Shown here: positions 26,995 to 41,702 of the stretch, one piece after another
Position numbering within the stretch: the first letter of the stretch is position 1
Layout: each line of letters starts with the position of its first letter
Assembly (NCBI RefSeq): GCF_006345805.1
Contig: NC_043003.1
Location: 54,250,001 to 54,314,000, forward strand
Direction: 5' to 3'
Source of the DNA: Octopus sinensis
Lineage: Eukaryota
Length of the DNA: 64,000 nt
Translations under genes and position numbers: made by a program
Notes under the pieces: generated by a model
What the model was told of the DNA's origin: nothing
Databases searched by the model: none
Seen by the model: only the letters and a program-made list of their open reading frames with translations

Positions 26995-27765
26995 ATATAA
27001 TATATATATATATATACCAATGGAACAAAAACGCAATAGAGGACATTAAACATTAGAACAGATAGACAATACAAAGGCGGACAAGAGAAACAACAACAAG
27101 AAGGACAGGCAAAAAAAAGACGGGTCATCTGTGGCTTTCTTTCCTTAGTCAAGTTCCAGAAGTCACGACCAATTCGGGCAGTAACATTTGACATGGTTCG
27201 ATCTGGCTGCTCCATAAAAAGTCGAAACTTAGAGCATTAAACCCCTTTGTAAGAAAGGTAGCGAATGTGTACAGCAACAAAGACAAAAAAAAACAAACAA
27301 ACAAACAAAAAAAAACGGAGAACATGGTACACAATTACGATTACAAGCAAAAAGAAATAACAACAGGTGTCTTTCGACTAAGAACGAATACAATTGAGCT
27401 GACCTGTATGAAGTAAAGCCTAAAGGCAGAAACATAGGAGATGGACATATGAGGTGTTGGCTGTCGGCAGTCAGGCCAAGAAAGACGGAGGAGAAATGGG
27501 TAGGAGCAGCGGGATTGAAGGATTAGAAAAAGATCAGAGACAAAGAGAAAGGTACAGAGGAGATAAACGAGTGGAAAATAGTGCGAGTGGGTTAAAGAAA
27601 GAGAGGGCCAAGAAATGTGAGAGAGGGAGAGCGAGAAAAAGGAAGAAAAATTTGAGGGGGAATAACAGACAGAGTAAGAGTCGTACAAAATTTAGATACA
27701 TATCTAATATAAGGTGAGCACAAGTGTGTACGCACGCCGCTATTTCGGACAGTCACACACACACA

Positions 27766-27826
<61 letters not shown>

Positions 27827-28576
27827 TGTATGTATATATATATGTATATATGTTTTTATGTATGTGTATATGAAGACGCACACACGCATATATATATATA
27901 TAAAAGATAAATGTATGAGTGAAAGAACTGTATTAATGAGTGATTTAGAGCAAGAAAAGAAGAGGAAAGTAAATAGACAACAAAGAAGGAAAAAAGGGAA
28001 AAGAGTTGAAGGGAGAGGGAGTCGAAATGGAGAAAGATATTAAAAAGGGAGAAATAACGATGTAGGAAAGTGAAAGTAATTAATGAATCAGGGAAAAAGA
28101 AGGAAAGAGAGAAAGAGGAAAACTGTTAGAATAGAGAGGAAAGAAGAAAGAGAAAAATGAAAGCAAGATGTATAGAATGGGAGAATAGGGACGTAGACAA
28201 AAAAAAGAGGAAATGGGAGTGTTTATTGAATAAGAGAAGGAAAAATAGAAAGAAAATAAAGGGAGGTAAGACGGAGAGAAAGAAGAAAATAAAAATAAAA
28301 TTAAAAGGAAAAAAGTAGTGTAAAAAGAATGAAAATTTGAAAGACAAGGAAAATAAGATGAAGGAGACAAAGAGCGATGAGCAGGAAATAAGCAGTGCGG
28401 TTTATTCTCAGTAAATAAATAATGAATAAACAGATACATAAATAAACAAACAAAAATATAAATAAATCTTAAGAGGGAAAAATATGAAAACTTTTTGTTT
28501 TTAATTTTAAAAGGCAAACGATGAAATAATGACGCCTTTGCGTGCGCGTGTATCTATATATATATATATATATATA

Positions 28577-28692
<116 letters not shown>

Positions 28693-28772
28693 ATATATAT
28701 ATATATATATATATGTAATATATGCTGTTTTGAAAGGGTATACAGTGGGCGTATATGAGAGAAAGGCGGCAA

Positions 28773-28934
28773 TCAGAATTTTAGATGATTCTTTATTAGC
28801 GCTTTCCGTCGTTTAATAGAAATCTTCAAGACAAAATTAAAAGTAAAATGATGATAACTTTGGTTTTACGTTTTGTCTTGAAGCGTTCCATTAAACGAAC
28901 GATAGCGCTAATAAAGCATTACCCAAAATTCTGA
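28773..28934. repeat. MITE-like hairpin, ~64-bp imperfect arms, 34-bp spacer
   Basis: tcagaatttt...ttattagcgct...cttcaagacaaaa versus ttttgtcttgaag...agcgctaataa...aaaattctga. Confidence 0.8.
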
Positions 28935-29534
28935 CTCCCTCCTTTTTCCCAGTATATATATGTATGTACGTATATATATATATAGTTATACGATAAAACA
29001 TGAAAATCTAACGTAGGAAATTATTAAAAAAAGGAAGAACATCAAGTAGCTATTCCGCTATATTTAGTGTGTATTCGGGTCCCTTGTTTCTCCTTCATTA
29101 AATCAGCCCCGGTTCAATGTTCTTTTAATTAGCGAAACTGAGAGACTACGATCACGACGGCAGAACATATATTACGTATATCACAAGTTTATCTCGCGGT
29201 ATTTTCTTGTTCCGCGCCATGCTAAGCGCCATCTTAATTTCGGGAATGTGCGAAGGGCATTCACCAATTTTTGGAAAGTGATGTGTTAAGTTATATGCAA
29301 CCATAAGTGTTTATGTGTATCTATGCATGCGTATGTATGTGTATGTATGTGTATTTTTTATGTACTATGTATTTGTGTATTAGTAATCAGTTATTGACAT
29401 TTCAAGCAAGATTAGGCTCTACACGACATAATTGCTTCTACCATTCATTTGCAAGTAACGATTTACGCACGTGCACCTCCGTCATCCACACACAAACACA
29501 CTTACATTTACACACTCATAGGCACACACACTTG

Positions 29535-29567
<33 letters not shown>

Positions 29568-29705
29568 GCACATATATATATGCACATATATATATGCATA
29601 TATATGTATGTAGATATATATGCATATATATATATTAGTATATATATATAGATATATATTCATGCGTATACATACATGAATACAAACTATATATATTGAT
29701 GCATA

Positions 29706-29747
<42 letters not shown>

Positions 29748-30581
29748 GATATATATATTATATATATATTATATTACATATACATATACACATACGCCAC
29801 ACACATAGGACATGAACAAATGCAGTTCTGAGTGTTGTTACAATTATTTTCTCAAACTTTTTTACTTCGATGTAAATACAGTATAACTATTCAGGGGATG
29901 CGATACATTATGCAACTCGCAGCTCATCAGGCAACTTCTGAAACAATGATTTGTTGAGTAATCTATTTATTTCAGCTTGTCGAATTACACACGAAAATAC
30001 CGATATGTAAGATATGGAAATGTAGAAGTATCTACTCTGAGTAATTCTATCCACCGAAATGCCGTGATTGTGGATGAAAAGCTATACAAGTGATACAAAA
30101 AAATGTTCTAAAGTTGCGTACATTTCATTCGCCGTGCACTAAAATCTCAGCGTGTGAGTCACCTTTGAAAATTTTTGACAGAATATTTGTTTTTTGTTCA
30201 TCACTTGGTTTCGCCATCGGTAATCTTTTCGCACGTCTATAGACGATATGTGTTCATAACACATGCGATTCGGCGGTTTAACGGTTTTTGAGGCACTGCA
30301 ATGTTTCTGCATCGTTGTGCATCTTCTAAGCTAAAGCTATCCCACCGGAGTGATTAATCTAAAAAGAACACTAGTACTTAGCTATACAAGTCAGCAGGTT
30401 CTTTCCTGACGCATGCTAATACATATCTAATAGAAATAATTCATGGGGCGCACGCAGGAAACCGGATGTTATACATATATAATACATATATACATATATA
30501 ATTAGAACCCGGCTCTTTCTCTGTTGGCAAGAAATTTGGAAATAAAAGTTAATAATAACATACATGCTCATGAATATACAA

Positions 30582-30641
<60 letters not shown>

Positions 30642-30730
30642 ATTTATTTGTTTGAAGTCAAAACATGAATTAAATAAATTTAAAATAAATGTATCTATCT
30701 CTCACCAGATTTTTTTTTGTTGAATTTTCT

Positions 30731-30914
30731 ATCACAGATCAGTACGCACACAGAGCCATACCTACGCTCTACCAGATGTATACATACATTCATACATACA
30801 TATATATAATATATATATATATATTATATATATATATATATGTATGAATGTATGTATGTATGTATACATCAGGTAGAGCGTAGGTATGGCTCTGTGTGCG
30901 TACTGATCTGTGAT
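30731..30914. repeat. Near-perfect palindrome centred on an (AT)n tract
   Basis: 30731-30800 and 30841-30914 are reverse complements apart from one substitution and one extra TATG unit. Confidence 0.9.
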
Positions 30915-30972
30915 ATATACAACACACACACATACATACAACATATATATATATATATATATATATTATACC

Positions 30973-31010
30973 CACCTATGAATATACAACACACACACAT
31001 ACATACATAC

Positions 31011-31070
<60 letters not shown>

Positions 31071-31117
31071 TATATATATGTATGTATGTATGTGTGTGTG
31101 TTGTATATTCATAGGTG
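30973..31117. repeat. Second palindrome centred on an (AT)n tract
   Basis: cacctatgaatatacaacacacacacatacatacataca versus tgtatgtatgtatgtgtgtgtgttgtatattcataggtg. Confidence 0.9.
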
Positions 31118-31247
31118 TGTACTTGTTTGTGCGTCTTTGGAGAGGAGTGAGAAGGAAAAAATGAATGAAAGATATAGAAACAAACGCGGAGGGACATTTT
31201 TCTCGTCCTACACATTCATATAATCCTATACATAAATGTTCATTCAT

Positions 31248-31279
<32 letters not shown>

Positions 31280-31850
31280 GTGTGTGAGTGTGTGTGTATT
31301 TACATACATGCATACACACAAATACACATCACATACACACATACACACACGCGCAAATACATGTATTCACCTGTGCATGTAAATATATTAGATTTATATA
31401 TATATTATGTATGTATGTATATATATATATATATAGCTGTGTGTATGTATATCACTGGTTCAACTAAGATACACAAGTGAGTTTGTATACATTATATAAT
31501 TACACACATGCACAAATGGAAGGACATGCGCAGAAATTCACATCCGAAGCAATTTTAAAGATCAATCGAGATGTTACGTTGAAGTTAGAATGTTGAGCCT
31601 CTAAGCAATTAATTTCAGTAATAAACAAATGTCCACGAAAGGGAACCTAAAGTGTGGAGGGTGGGGCGTGAAAGAGGGATTTGTAAATGCATTAATAGTT
31701 GGCAAGATGGGGTAGAGATAGAAGAAGGTTTAGTGGGTTTTGACGTGAATCGTTATAGCACGCCTATTGATGACTCATTAAAAGGATGTAAAAAGTTAAA
31801 TCATGTTTACAGTATACAGGCGTTTGAGGGCAATTCAGATAAATATATGC

Positions 31851-31893
<43 letters not shown>

Positions 31894-31897
31894 CATA

Positions 31898-32440
31898 CAC
31901 TGGTTGCGGTGAAAAAATTGGCATCTAAATTACGCAAGAATGAAAATAACACTGACATCTCATTTTAATGGATATATTTAGCAAAATTACATAAAAATAT
32001 CTTGAATTACTAAAGAGAAAATTTCTTCAATAAAATCGACTTTGGCTTTAACCGCGGCCTCCAGACGAATTCGGAAACACCTGCAACTCGTTGGGACAGT
32101 CTCCTTGTTAAAGTTGGTGAATGCTGCCATAATCCTTGCCCTCAGTTCATCTTTGGTGTTACAAGGAGTTTTGGGGTCACGCGCGCAACTGCACCCCATA
32201 CACAATATTCAAGGAGGTTGCAATCTGGGGAGTTAGGTGGCCAGATGTTAGATGTGATGTGATCGCAGAAATTGTCTGACGGAAATGATTGGCTTCTCCT
32301 GCTTGTGTGGAATGGTGCACTCTCCTGTTGTCAGACATAGTCTTCCAGCAGCCATGCTCTTGACACACGGCAGCACTGCCTCCTCCGCGAACTTGACGCA
32401 GGGCTCCGTGTTGAGTTTGAGACCATGATGTTTGAGAAGT
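31898..32440 (-). mobile_element. Second, truncated copy of the same maT-type transposon
   Basis: Terminus TA-CACTGG..GCGGTGAAAAAATTGGC. Gives QQESAPFHTSRR, WPPNSPDCNLL and TPCNTKDELRARIMAAFTN. Homologous to 3681-4250. Confidence 0.85.
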
Positions 32441-32699
32441 TAGTGCATGATGAATGAAATGTACGCAATTCTAGGACCTTTTCGCACCACTTGTATATAT
32501 TTTCATCTACAAGCATGGCCTTTTGGTAGACAGAATTACTCAGAGTAATTCTACATTTCATGTATAATCTCCCATTCCTTTCGTTGAGCATTGGATTTGA
32601 TTTTAGGGTATGGCAGTTGTTTGTATGGGAATGTGCATAGGGCAGAAGAATGGGAGGAAAATAGAAAGAGAGAGATGAAAGAAAGGAAAACATTTTTGT

Positions 32700-33420
32700 A
32701 TCAATTGACGTAGTAAACATCTATACCACGATCCTGCGCCAACATGGGCAAGAGGCAGTAAATTTCTGGCTAGAAAAATTGCCTTATGAAATTCCAAACA
32801 AAACTCATATCACCGAAGGATTAAAATTCACCATTGAAAACAACTTTTTTGAGTTTAATGAGAATAGTTTCAAACCAATACCTGGGACTGCGATGGTTAC
32901 AAAAGTCGCTTCGACTCCCGCAAATTTATCCATGACATTACTTGTCATGGAGGTCCAGATATATGATTAATGCAAATTAGATTACGGCTGGAACTTCCAT
33001 AAATATTTACTAGCATACTGGAAATGCTACTCATACGACTGGCTACTTTTGTGGATGCACACACTTGACCAACTTATTGAATTCAAAAACCTAATTAACA
33101 TTATAAACAGTAGTATCGACTTTACCATGGAATTTAGTGAAGCTCAAATACCATTCGTCGACATTTTAATCACCAAAAGAGATAAAAATATTGGCACAGA
33201 CAGATTTTGCTTTTCTTATGCTGTTTTCCTTATGCCATCCCAAACACACGAAGCCTAATAATCCTTTTAATCCAACAAGAAGGATCTGCACAATTGTTTC
33301 AATCGTTAAAGGCCGTAATAAAAGGATCCGGAATTAAAACAAACGCTACTCGAAAGAAAATATTCGTCAATGTTAATAGACAACGAAATACAGCGTGCGA
33401 AAACAATAGATTTTAAAGAA
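32700..33420 (+). mobile_element. Penelope-like reverse transcriptase remnant
   Basis: Frames give FTIENNFFEFNENSFKPIPGTAMVTKVAS.ANLSM and HTLDQLIEF.NLINIINSSIDFTMEFSEAQIPFVDILI, matching the PLE RT motifs GTAMG and F(T)ME..QIPFLD. Stops and frameshifts present. Confidence 0.8.
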
Positions 33421-34781
33421 TTGCGAGAACAAAAAATACTTCAGATACACTCAGTATTCTACTCTCTATTACAACAGACAACAGCATTATCCACCTGAAC
33501 ATTCCACTACTGAGATAAGACCCAAAAATCAGACAAGCACTCGAAATAATTAAAATAATTAAAAAATATCATAAATGAGGTATTAGGAAAGGAAAAAAAA
33601 TAAGTGTAGACGTTCTTTAATTCATAATCCTGGTTCGTACAGAACCAATATACATTTTACAAATTGTTTCGGAGCCTAATTACTTCCAAAGACAAAAACG
33701 AAAAACTGTTCTTGAAATGAGAATTAGATTTTGCGTCAGGAATTACATACTGGTATGAATAACTACGACCAACAAAAATATACAAAAACCTTTCATAGCC
33801 CAGACGGGAACAAGCAAATTATAATAAAATGAAAGATAACTAGAACGCCAGATAATTCAAAACCAGTGTTTAACATTACAATTCACGATATGCAAATATC
33901 TAGTAACGACAGATAAAGCAAATGAAACAAAAATTAACTACAAAATAATAGGGTTATCCAATCAAAGATTAAAAATCAATAACTACAAACCGATATATTA
34001 TCTACTAAAAAAATAATGATATCTGATTTGGGACCTGTCACTCTTTCCGCTGAATGTCTGAAGAATACGGTTCAAAAGTCCAACAGCTATCACCGAATCA
34101 AAGACCAAACTTCTTTATCCAGTGAAAGTCGCCCAGTGTTTCGAAACGTAACAGCTTTTCTGAAGGGTGGTCAATACGGATTTATACCATTCCGCACCTG
34201 TTACGAAATAATGAATATCCTAATTCAAAGTTAATAATATGATAATATCAAACGAAAATAATAAGAAAAAGAAGAAGCAAATCCTTTGTTTACATAATAG
34301 CCATCGACGGGTGAAACAGTAGAATAAAGGAAGAGAAAGATAATCAAAATCCTTCAGGAAACTGCTCACCAGTGCTATATTACCCTCCCAAAACCCCATA
34401 CTAAAAGTCAAAAAGTATGGCTGCCGTAATTGCGGGATTTGAACACAATGAATATAATTAGGACAGAATTTTAGCATAGAACATCATTTTACCTGTTCGT
34501 CAAAAAATTTATTATAAGCTATCAAAAGTAAAGGAAGTACTAATTTGAGCAATGTTCTATCTTTAAAAACGAGAACATTTTTGTTTGAATTCCATACAAA
34601 AGCAGGACTGCTCCACCGTAACTCCAAGTCTTTCTATCTCAGTGTTTGATAGTCAGAGATATCTATGAAACCGGTTAAGTTTTTAAAAACTAAAAATTTC
34701 AAATAAAGAAGGCCTAAAAGAATAACAGTGCATTTCACATTCTTTTATAGGCATACATACATAAATACATACATACACGCA

Positions 34782-34819
<38 letters not shown>

Positions 34820-34829
34820 ATAGATATAT

Positions 34830-34864
<35 letters not shown>

Positions 34865-34889
34865 ATGTGACCTCGTGTATACCGTTGGC

Positions 34890-35068
34890 AATTTTTTTTC
34901 CCTCTGTCTTCCCTTCTCTGGATCATTCCTCTCCTATGTTTCCGACGAAGAGCTCCGCTCGAAACGTTAAAACCTCCTCTTCCCTTCTTCCAGAGCGTCC
35001 AATAAAACTATATTTGTTCCACGTCCTCGCGTTGTTGTTTTTTTGTGTTTTCTTGTTTGGATTAACTA
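34890..35068 (+). mobile_element. Variant minimal-hammerhead dispersed repeat
   Basis: GTTT-CCGACGA-A-GAGC-TCC-GCTC-GAAACGTTA-AAAC. Homologous to 54565-54780. Confidence 0.65.
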
Positions 35069-35112
35069 TATATATATACATAGATACATGCACACACACA
35101 CATGTAATATAT

Positions 35113-35158
<46 letters not shown>

Positions 35159-35298
35159 AGACGTTTGGCATCCAGAAGACTCCAAAGAAGGTAAGGATAT
35201 GTAAGTGCTACAGAAGTACAGCTGTTAAACATCCGGTTCAATTATAGTATGAGTCTTAGACGTGTCGTGTGTGAGCGTGTATATTTTAAAGATATATA

Positions 35299-35331
<33 letters not shown>

Positions 35332-35334
35332 CAT

Positions 35335-35551
35335 GTGTGTTAAATAAAATAAGATGACGAAACCAAAGCAATGTCATATATCTAGGACATTTATAAGGGT
35401 GATCTTACAGTTGCTTCACAGCAATAAATGATATCTCACTGATGGTAGGATATTATGTCCCTCAAACAGTTGTAAGACCATCTTTCTCTTTATAAATGTC
35501 CTAGACATATCAAACTGCCTTGGCCTTGTTACCTTATTTTATTTAACACAC
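35335..35551. repeat. MITE-like hairpin, ~85-bp imperfect arms
   Basis: gtgttaaataaaataag...tctaggacatttataa versus ttataaatgtcctaga...cttattttatttaacac. Confidence 0.8.
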
Positions 35552-36606
35552 AAGCACTCACACACAATATTTCTCTCTCTCTCTCTGTCTATATGTATAT
35601 ATATATACACATGCCTAAGTATGTACATTCATTTCATTCACAAAATTATCATGAGGTTAATTATATGTGTTTCCATCCAAGTGGAGGTCTGGTATTGTGC
35701 ACCAAAATGGCGACACGATAAAATAATTAAGCATTTTATGCTCAATATGACGGCTATCAGAAAAATCGAAGAAATGTTTAAATTAATTGAAGTAACTTTT
35801 CTAAACTTATGCAGTTGGATTTAAGCAGACAGATATGTATCGTATAATTCTCTTCGCACACATAAAAATAAAAGAGATTAAATTGATGTGGTTTCTTGCC
35901 AGATGGTTACTTATCAGCAGTTATGTTCGTCGTGTCCTATTACCAACGCAAAGAAATTATAGAAATTGCTATTTAAATCAAGCTGAAACCAAAAGTCGCT
36001 GTTATAACCAGACTAATTCATATAACAGTCATTTCCTGGTGACGTGACTATATAAGTAAGCAATATTTATTTATGCGTTACAATATTTCTTAGTCAATTT
36101 TAAAATTTATTGGTGCTTTTCTACTAAACACTATACTGAACTTAATATATTATTAAACCAGTTAAACATATCACTGAGGAAAGCAGAAAGAAGTGGGTTA
36201 TATATCTAACAATATGTAGGCAACAAACTGGCAAATATGGCAGATCTATTTCCAGGGATTTGTTTTGCTTTATGCGAAGAAAATAGCTATATTCATATTA
36301 ATATTTATTTAAGTTTCAGTACGAATGGAAATTTACTATTTAAGTTTATCTTATAAATATGCATATATACACACATGCACACGCATACATATATGCAACC
36401 ACATACAATTATGTGCATTTATAAGCTTATATATATATATATATAGATATATATATATATATATATATATAAAAGAACACACTTGAGGAAATGGAGTTTA
36501 TCCATAAGACGTGCATATGTATATATACTTAGATACACATATCTTCAGACAATACATCTGAAACAAAACAGAAATGAAGTTAGTTATGTGTGTATATATA
36601 TATATA

Positions 36607-37011
36607 CAGGAGTGGCGTGTGGTAAGTAGTTTTGCTAAAACAACCACATGGTTCCGGGTTCAGTCCCACTGCGTGGCATCTTGGGCAACTGTCTTCTGCT
36701 GCTATAGCCCGGGGCCGACCATGCCTTGTGAGTGGATTGGTAGACGGAAACTGAAAGAAGCCTGTCGTATATATGTATATATATTATATTTGTGTGTGTG
36801 TGTTTGTGTGTCTGTTTTGTCCTCCTAGCATTGCTTGACAACCGATGCTGGTGTGTTTACGTCCCCGTCACTTAGCGGTTCGGCAAAAGAGACCGATAGA
36901 ATAAGTACTGGGCTTACAAAGAATAAGTCCCGGGGTCGATTTGCTCGACCAAAGGCGGTGCTCCAGCATGGCCGCAGTCAAATGACTGAAACAAGTAAAA
37001 GAGTAAAAAGA

Positions 37012-37014
<3 letters not shown>
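36607..37014 (+). mobile_element. SINE family A, full length
   Basis: Homology to the other copies. Confidence 0.9.
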
Positions 37015-37064
<50 letters not shown>

Positions 37065-37260
37065 GATACATCCCAGGAGAAGCGAGATACAATTTACATA
37101 CATGTTAACAAAATAATATATTGTACGTTGGCAGAAACATGCTGACATACATCGAAACACACGTCCCACGATACAAACTCACACACACAGAGCACACACA
37201 AATCTCTCTCTCTATATATATATACTAATATATATTTACATAATATGTATATGTATATCT

Positions 37261-37344
<84 letters not shown>

Positions 37345-37354
37345 ATACATATAT

Positions 37355-37960
37355 TCCGAAGATAATTAACCTCTCAACTAAACCTCTTTCAAGCACAAAG
37401 ATAAACATCCTCTCAAAAAAGTTTTAAATTCATCCCAACTCCACGCAGAACCAACCAAAATAAAGTGAAGGGCAGTATAATAGAATTCGGTAAGAAATTA
37501 GGACTCCCAGAAATATTAACCAATTATAATACTGAAGAAGAAGACTCACTAGTCAAAAACAAAAGTGAACACATCCCCCACAAAGGAAGATATAAAAATC
37601 TTGATGAATTCTGCAACCAAATTGAGATCTTTCCCAACCTTCACCATGCAGAAGCAGAAAATTACTTCAAACGTTAGCTCTACACAATGAAAGGAACTAA
37701 CAGAACTTCAAAATAATGAAGAAACAAGGATGAAGGAAGCAAATAAAGGAAGTGCGATAGTAGTAATGGACATGTTATACTATAAAAATCTAGCAATCTC
37801 CATACTGAATGAAAGCCGACATTACGAAAAAATCACAAACTACATCCCACTCCGAAAATAAGTCTATTTATGGACATCCTCCTGCAACCCTTCCTTAAAC
37901 ACATCAATAGGTATATCAGAGTTGTCTTAGACATGTTAAATCACCTTTCCAAAAATGTCA
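37355..37960 (+). mobile_element. Penelope-like RT N-terminal remnant
   Basis: IINLSTKPLS..NILSK.F.PTP, KEANKGSAIVVMD (compare KxADKGxAVVxMD) and ILLQPFLKHI. Frameshifted. Confidence 0.75.
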
Positions 37961-37980
37961 AATGACTAAAGCAAAAAGAA

Positions 37981-38065
<85 letters not shown>

Positions 38066-38078
38066 GTCTATCTATCTA

Positions 38079-38157
<79 letters not shown>

Positions 38158-38214
38158 GTCTATCTATCTGTCTATCTATCTATCTATCTATCTGTCTATC
38201 TATCTATCTATCTA

Positions 38215-38251
<37 letters not shown>

Positions 38252-39099
38252 TTATCTGCCTGTCTGCCTGTCTGTCTATCTATCTAGTCATACATAACTA
38301 GGTACATACAACTGCATGCACACTGCTAACCTTAAATATTTAATCATTTCCATTTCGCAGTTCATACACTCGACGAAAAGAAAGAGTTGACGCGCTTGGT
38401 GGTATGGACATCCGGGTTTTACTTCCTAAGTCGACAAGTCACCGATTTTTGACCAATTAACAAATTTTTATGCCATTTTACACTTTTGAGGAAACCACAC
38501 TGTCAGAACGTATTTAGGCAGGGAATGATATGATGTGTTTGTTAAGGATTAAGCTCCCTGAAAAACGCTGGGTGCCATCGAGGCTGAGTGGCAAACAGAA
38601 AATAGAATTATACACACATACGTTAACTCTCTCTCTCTCTCTCTCTTTCTTTCTCTGTGAATATGTGTATGTGTGTGTATTTACACATGTATATATGTGT
38701 GTATATGTGTATATAGTGAGAGAGAATAGAAAGACAGGGAGTGAGGAAGAGATAGATATATACATATTCGTTTGTGCGTATTTGCATGTATCCATGTATT
38801 TATAATCCTTTCTAACGTAAAAAGACGGAAAGTTACAGGCGAAGGTGCAGATCCCAGCACTTCAGTTGTTCTTTATTATAACTACTGCTAAAAAGATGTA
38901 AGGTAAAGTTGTTCGCAGCCCTGAATTTAAAAAAATGCATACATATATACGCAGAAGCGTGAGAAGGGATGCTACTGTAGACATTTTTATTACCATCTTC
39001 TACTATATAAGCCATATTAGTGTATGGTTGACGCAATATTCATTAGGTGATAACAGCTTCCTAAGAAAGTCTTCCTCGAACTATATTCTGTTTTAGAAT

Positions 39100-39720
39100 A
39101 CAAGAATATAATATTCCTGTCATTTTGACTAAACTGGGACTTCAGTTAAAAAAGAACGTAGCCAAGGAACTAGTTGACCTATGTAACGTTATAGGTACGA
39201 TTGAGCAGCTCTTCAACTTTTGTAAGCACGTACGACAATTATGCTATATAGATTTTTCAAAAGGTCTTCCATACAGTCTTGCATGAGATTCTATAAGACA
39301 TAATGAAAATATTTTAGATAGGTCAGAGGCTACCTCATACTATATGAGGTTATTGCTCTTAGATAACCATTGGTGCCCTTACACAGAACACCATCTGTGA
39401 TTCTATACCACTCCAGGATTCCATAAACACTGCGGTCATGCTCCCATCTTCCTTACTATTTTCTAGGAGCAGATCATACGCAATGACCCTCCAGATCATG
39501 TGGGAAGCTGGCGTAATAGCTGGGGTAATAGTCCTTATTGAAGATCTGCTGATAACATCGAAGAATTGGCAGGAAGGAGGATAGATTTGTTAAATTAGTG
39601 AGCCACTTTCATAAAGCATCCACCTAATGATAAATGCAAAGGGTTCTATCTTAACAGTCATCTCTATATAAGGACAGAAACTCGAGATTTTACAGCAGTT
39701 GAAATACTTGAAGGCAATTA
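39100..39720 (+). mobile_element. CR1/L2-like reverse transcriptase remnant
   Basis: Frameshifted YIDFSK.FHTVLHEIL (compare YLDFSKAFDTVPH), SGIP-like segment and SADNI (compare FADD), in the expected order. Confidence 0.6.
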
Positions 39721-40591
39721 TTTACAAGAGAAAATCAAGATTTAAAATCTATGCAAGAAGTGGCTTCACTAGTCAAGCTGAATGAAGAGATGGCATGGCT
39801 ACGTACCTTCATCAGTACAGTTGCCTGCAAAATCTGTTGTGAAAAAACCTTGGAATGAGAAGGAAAACCTGACGCTTCCAGAGGTAAAAAGAGAGGGGCA
39901 TGTGAGCGAATGGAAAAACATAAGCAGAAGCACAAAAGCAATAGATAGAGAAGGCCGTGTTGCACATTGTGCAACAGCAGCGTCTCTCAGACTCAATTCG
40001 ACGTTGAAACAAGCAATTATATGTAGGAATCCGGATGCTTCTTATCAATACAAATATCACAGTTTAATCATGCACATAAACATCTGCGTGCTTATTAACG
40101 TATTTTTGTTACATAAATGTTTCGTTCTATTAGCATAAGAGAGTATTTGTGTAGATTTAATTATATTTAATGATAATATGTACAGATATTTAAAGCTCAA
40201 TTGTACTGTGAGATGAGTCCTTAGATTGTAACCAGCATTAGATATAATAAGGACAATGTATGCAATACGCGTTTTGTGAATCAAACCTGCTATCAAATCC
40301 CGCATGCCTGTGTGTGGGGGAGTGTGTCTATACCTGCGTGTCTTCCCTTAGCTCACTTTCTTAATCTCTTTGTTATTCTCTCTCGCCCCACTCCCCTCTC
40401 CCTCTCTCTCTGAATATATATATACATATACATACATACAGATATATGCACATACACACACAAGTACACACATACATATAAACGTTACGGGGCGTGTACG
40501 TTTTTGCGTACGCATATATATATATATACATATATACATATATACATATATACACACACACACATATACATATATATATATACATATATAC

Positions 40592-40629
<38 letters not shown>

Positions 40630-40945
40630 GTATATACATACATACATACACGTCTCGTAACATTTATATGTGTGTGTGTTAGTGTGTCTGTGTGTGGGTG
40701 GGTGTCGGTGTGTGTTTGCGTGGGTGTGTGTGCGTGTTTGTGTGTGTGCGTATTTGTGTGTATGTGTGTGTTTGTGTGTGTGTGTGTGTGTGTGCATGTG
40801 TGTGTGTATGTATCAGGCGGACATAAGCTGAACAGTAGTGATGCTTAAGGGATATGTGAATATGAGTGCATAATCATATTCATTTATGCAGAAGCCTGTA
40901 GGCATTCTCTTACACATTCGTGCTTAGAGTTTGCGTTCATAGGTG

Positions 40946-41085
40946 CAGGCGTGGCTGTGTGGTAAGAAACTTATTTCGCAACCACATGGTTCTGGGTCCA
41001 GTCCCACTCTGTGGCATCTCGGGCCGTCCAAAGCCCTGTGAGTGGATTTGGTAGCCGGAAACTAAAAGAAGTACGTCATATATAT

Positions 41086-41155
<70 letters not shown>

Positions 41156-41385
41156 ATATATATATATAGGTCGGTGCATGTGTGTGTGTGTGTGTGTATG
41201 TTTGTTCCCTAACTTCGCTTGACAACCGGTGTTGGTTTGTTTACGTCCCCGTAACATAGCGGTTCGGCAATAAGACCAACAGAATAAGTACTAGGCTTAC
41301 AAAGATTAAGTCCTGAGGTCGAATTGTTCCACTAAAGGCGGTGCTCCAGCATGGCCGCAGTCAAATGACTGAAATAAGTAAAAGA
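40946..41385 (+). mobile_element. SINE family A, with expanded internal microsatellite
   Basis: Homology to the other copies. Confidence 0.9.
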
Positions 41386-41524
41386 AAAAAAAAATATTAG
41401 AATGTATCCATGAATACCTTTATGAATATTTTTGAAGTTTTATCTATATATATGCCAATATACATACAGATATGAATCTATATGTGTATATATGTATATC
41501 TATTCTGTCTGTTACTTGCATAGG

Positions 41525-41702
41525 CGTATGGGATTCGGCCATGCAGGGGCACCACCTTTAACGTTTTAGTGGAAAAGATTCTTTTCTACTCTAGGCACAA
41601 GGCCCGAAAAGTTTTAGTGGGAGTGGGCCAGACGATTTGATCGACCCCAGTACGCAACTGGTACTTCATTTATCGACCCCGAACGCATGAAAGGCAAAGT
41701 CT
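41525..41702 (-). mobile_element. SINE family C fragment (Deu/Nin-like central domain)
   Basis: gatcgaccccagtacgcaactggtacttcatttatcgaccccgaacgcatgaaaggcaaagtc. Confidence 0.7.

Noticed and set aside
29895-29936. Minus-strand CTGATGAGC
   Set aside because: No GAAA or helix I downstream.
39782-40138. 118-aa ORF adjacent to the LINE RT relic
   Set aside because: No recognisable motif or splice context.
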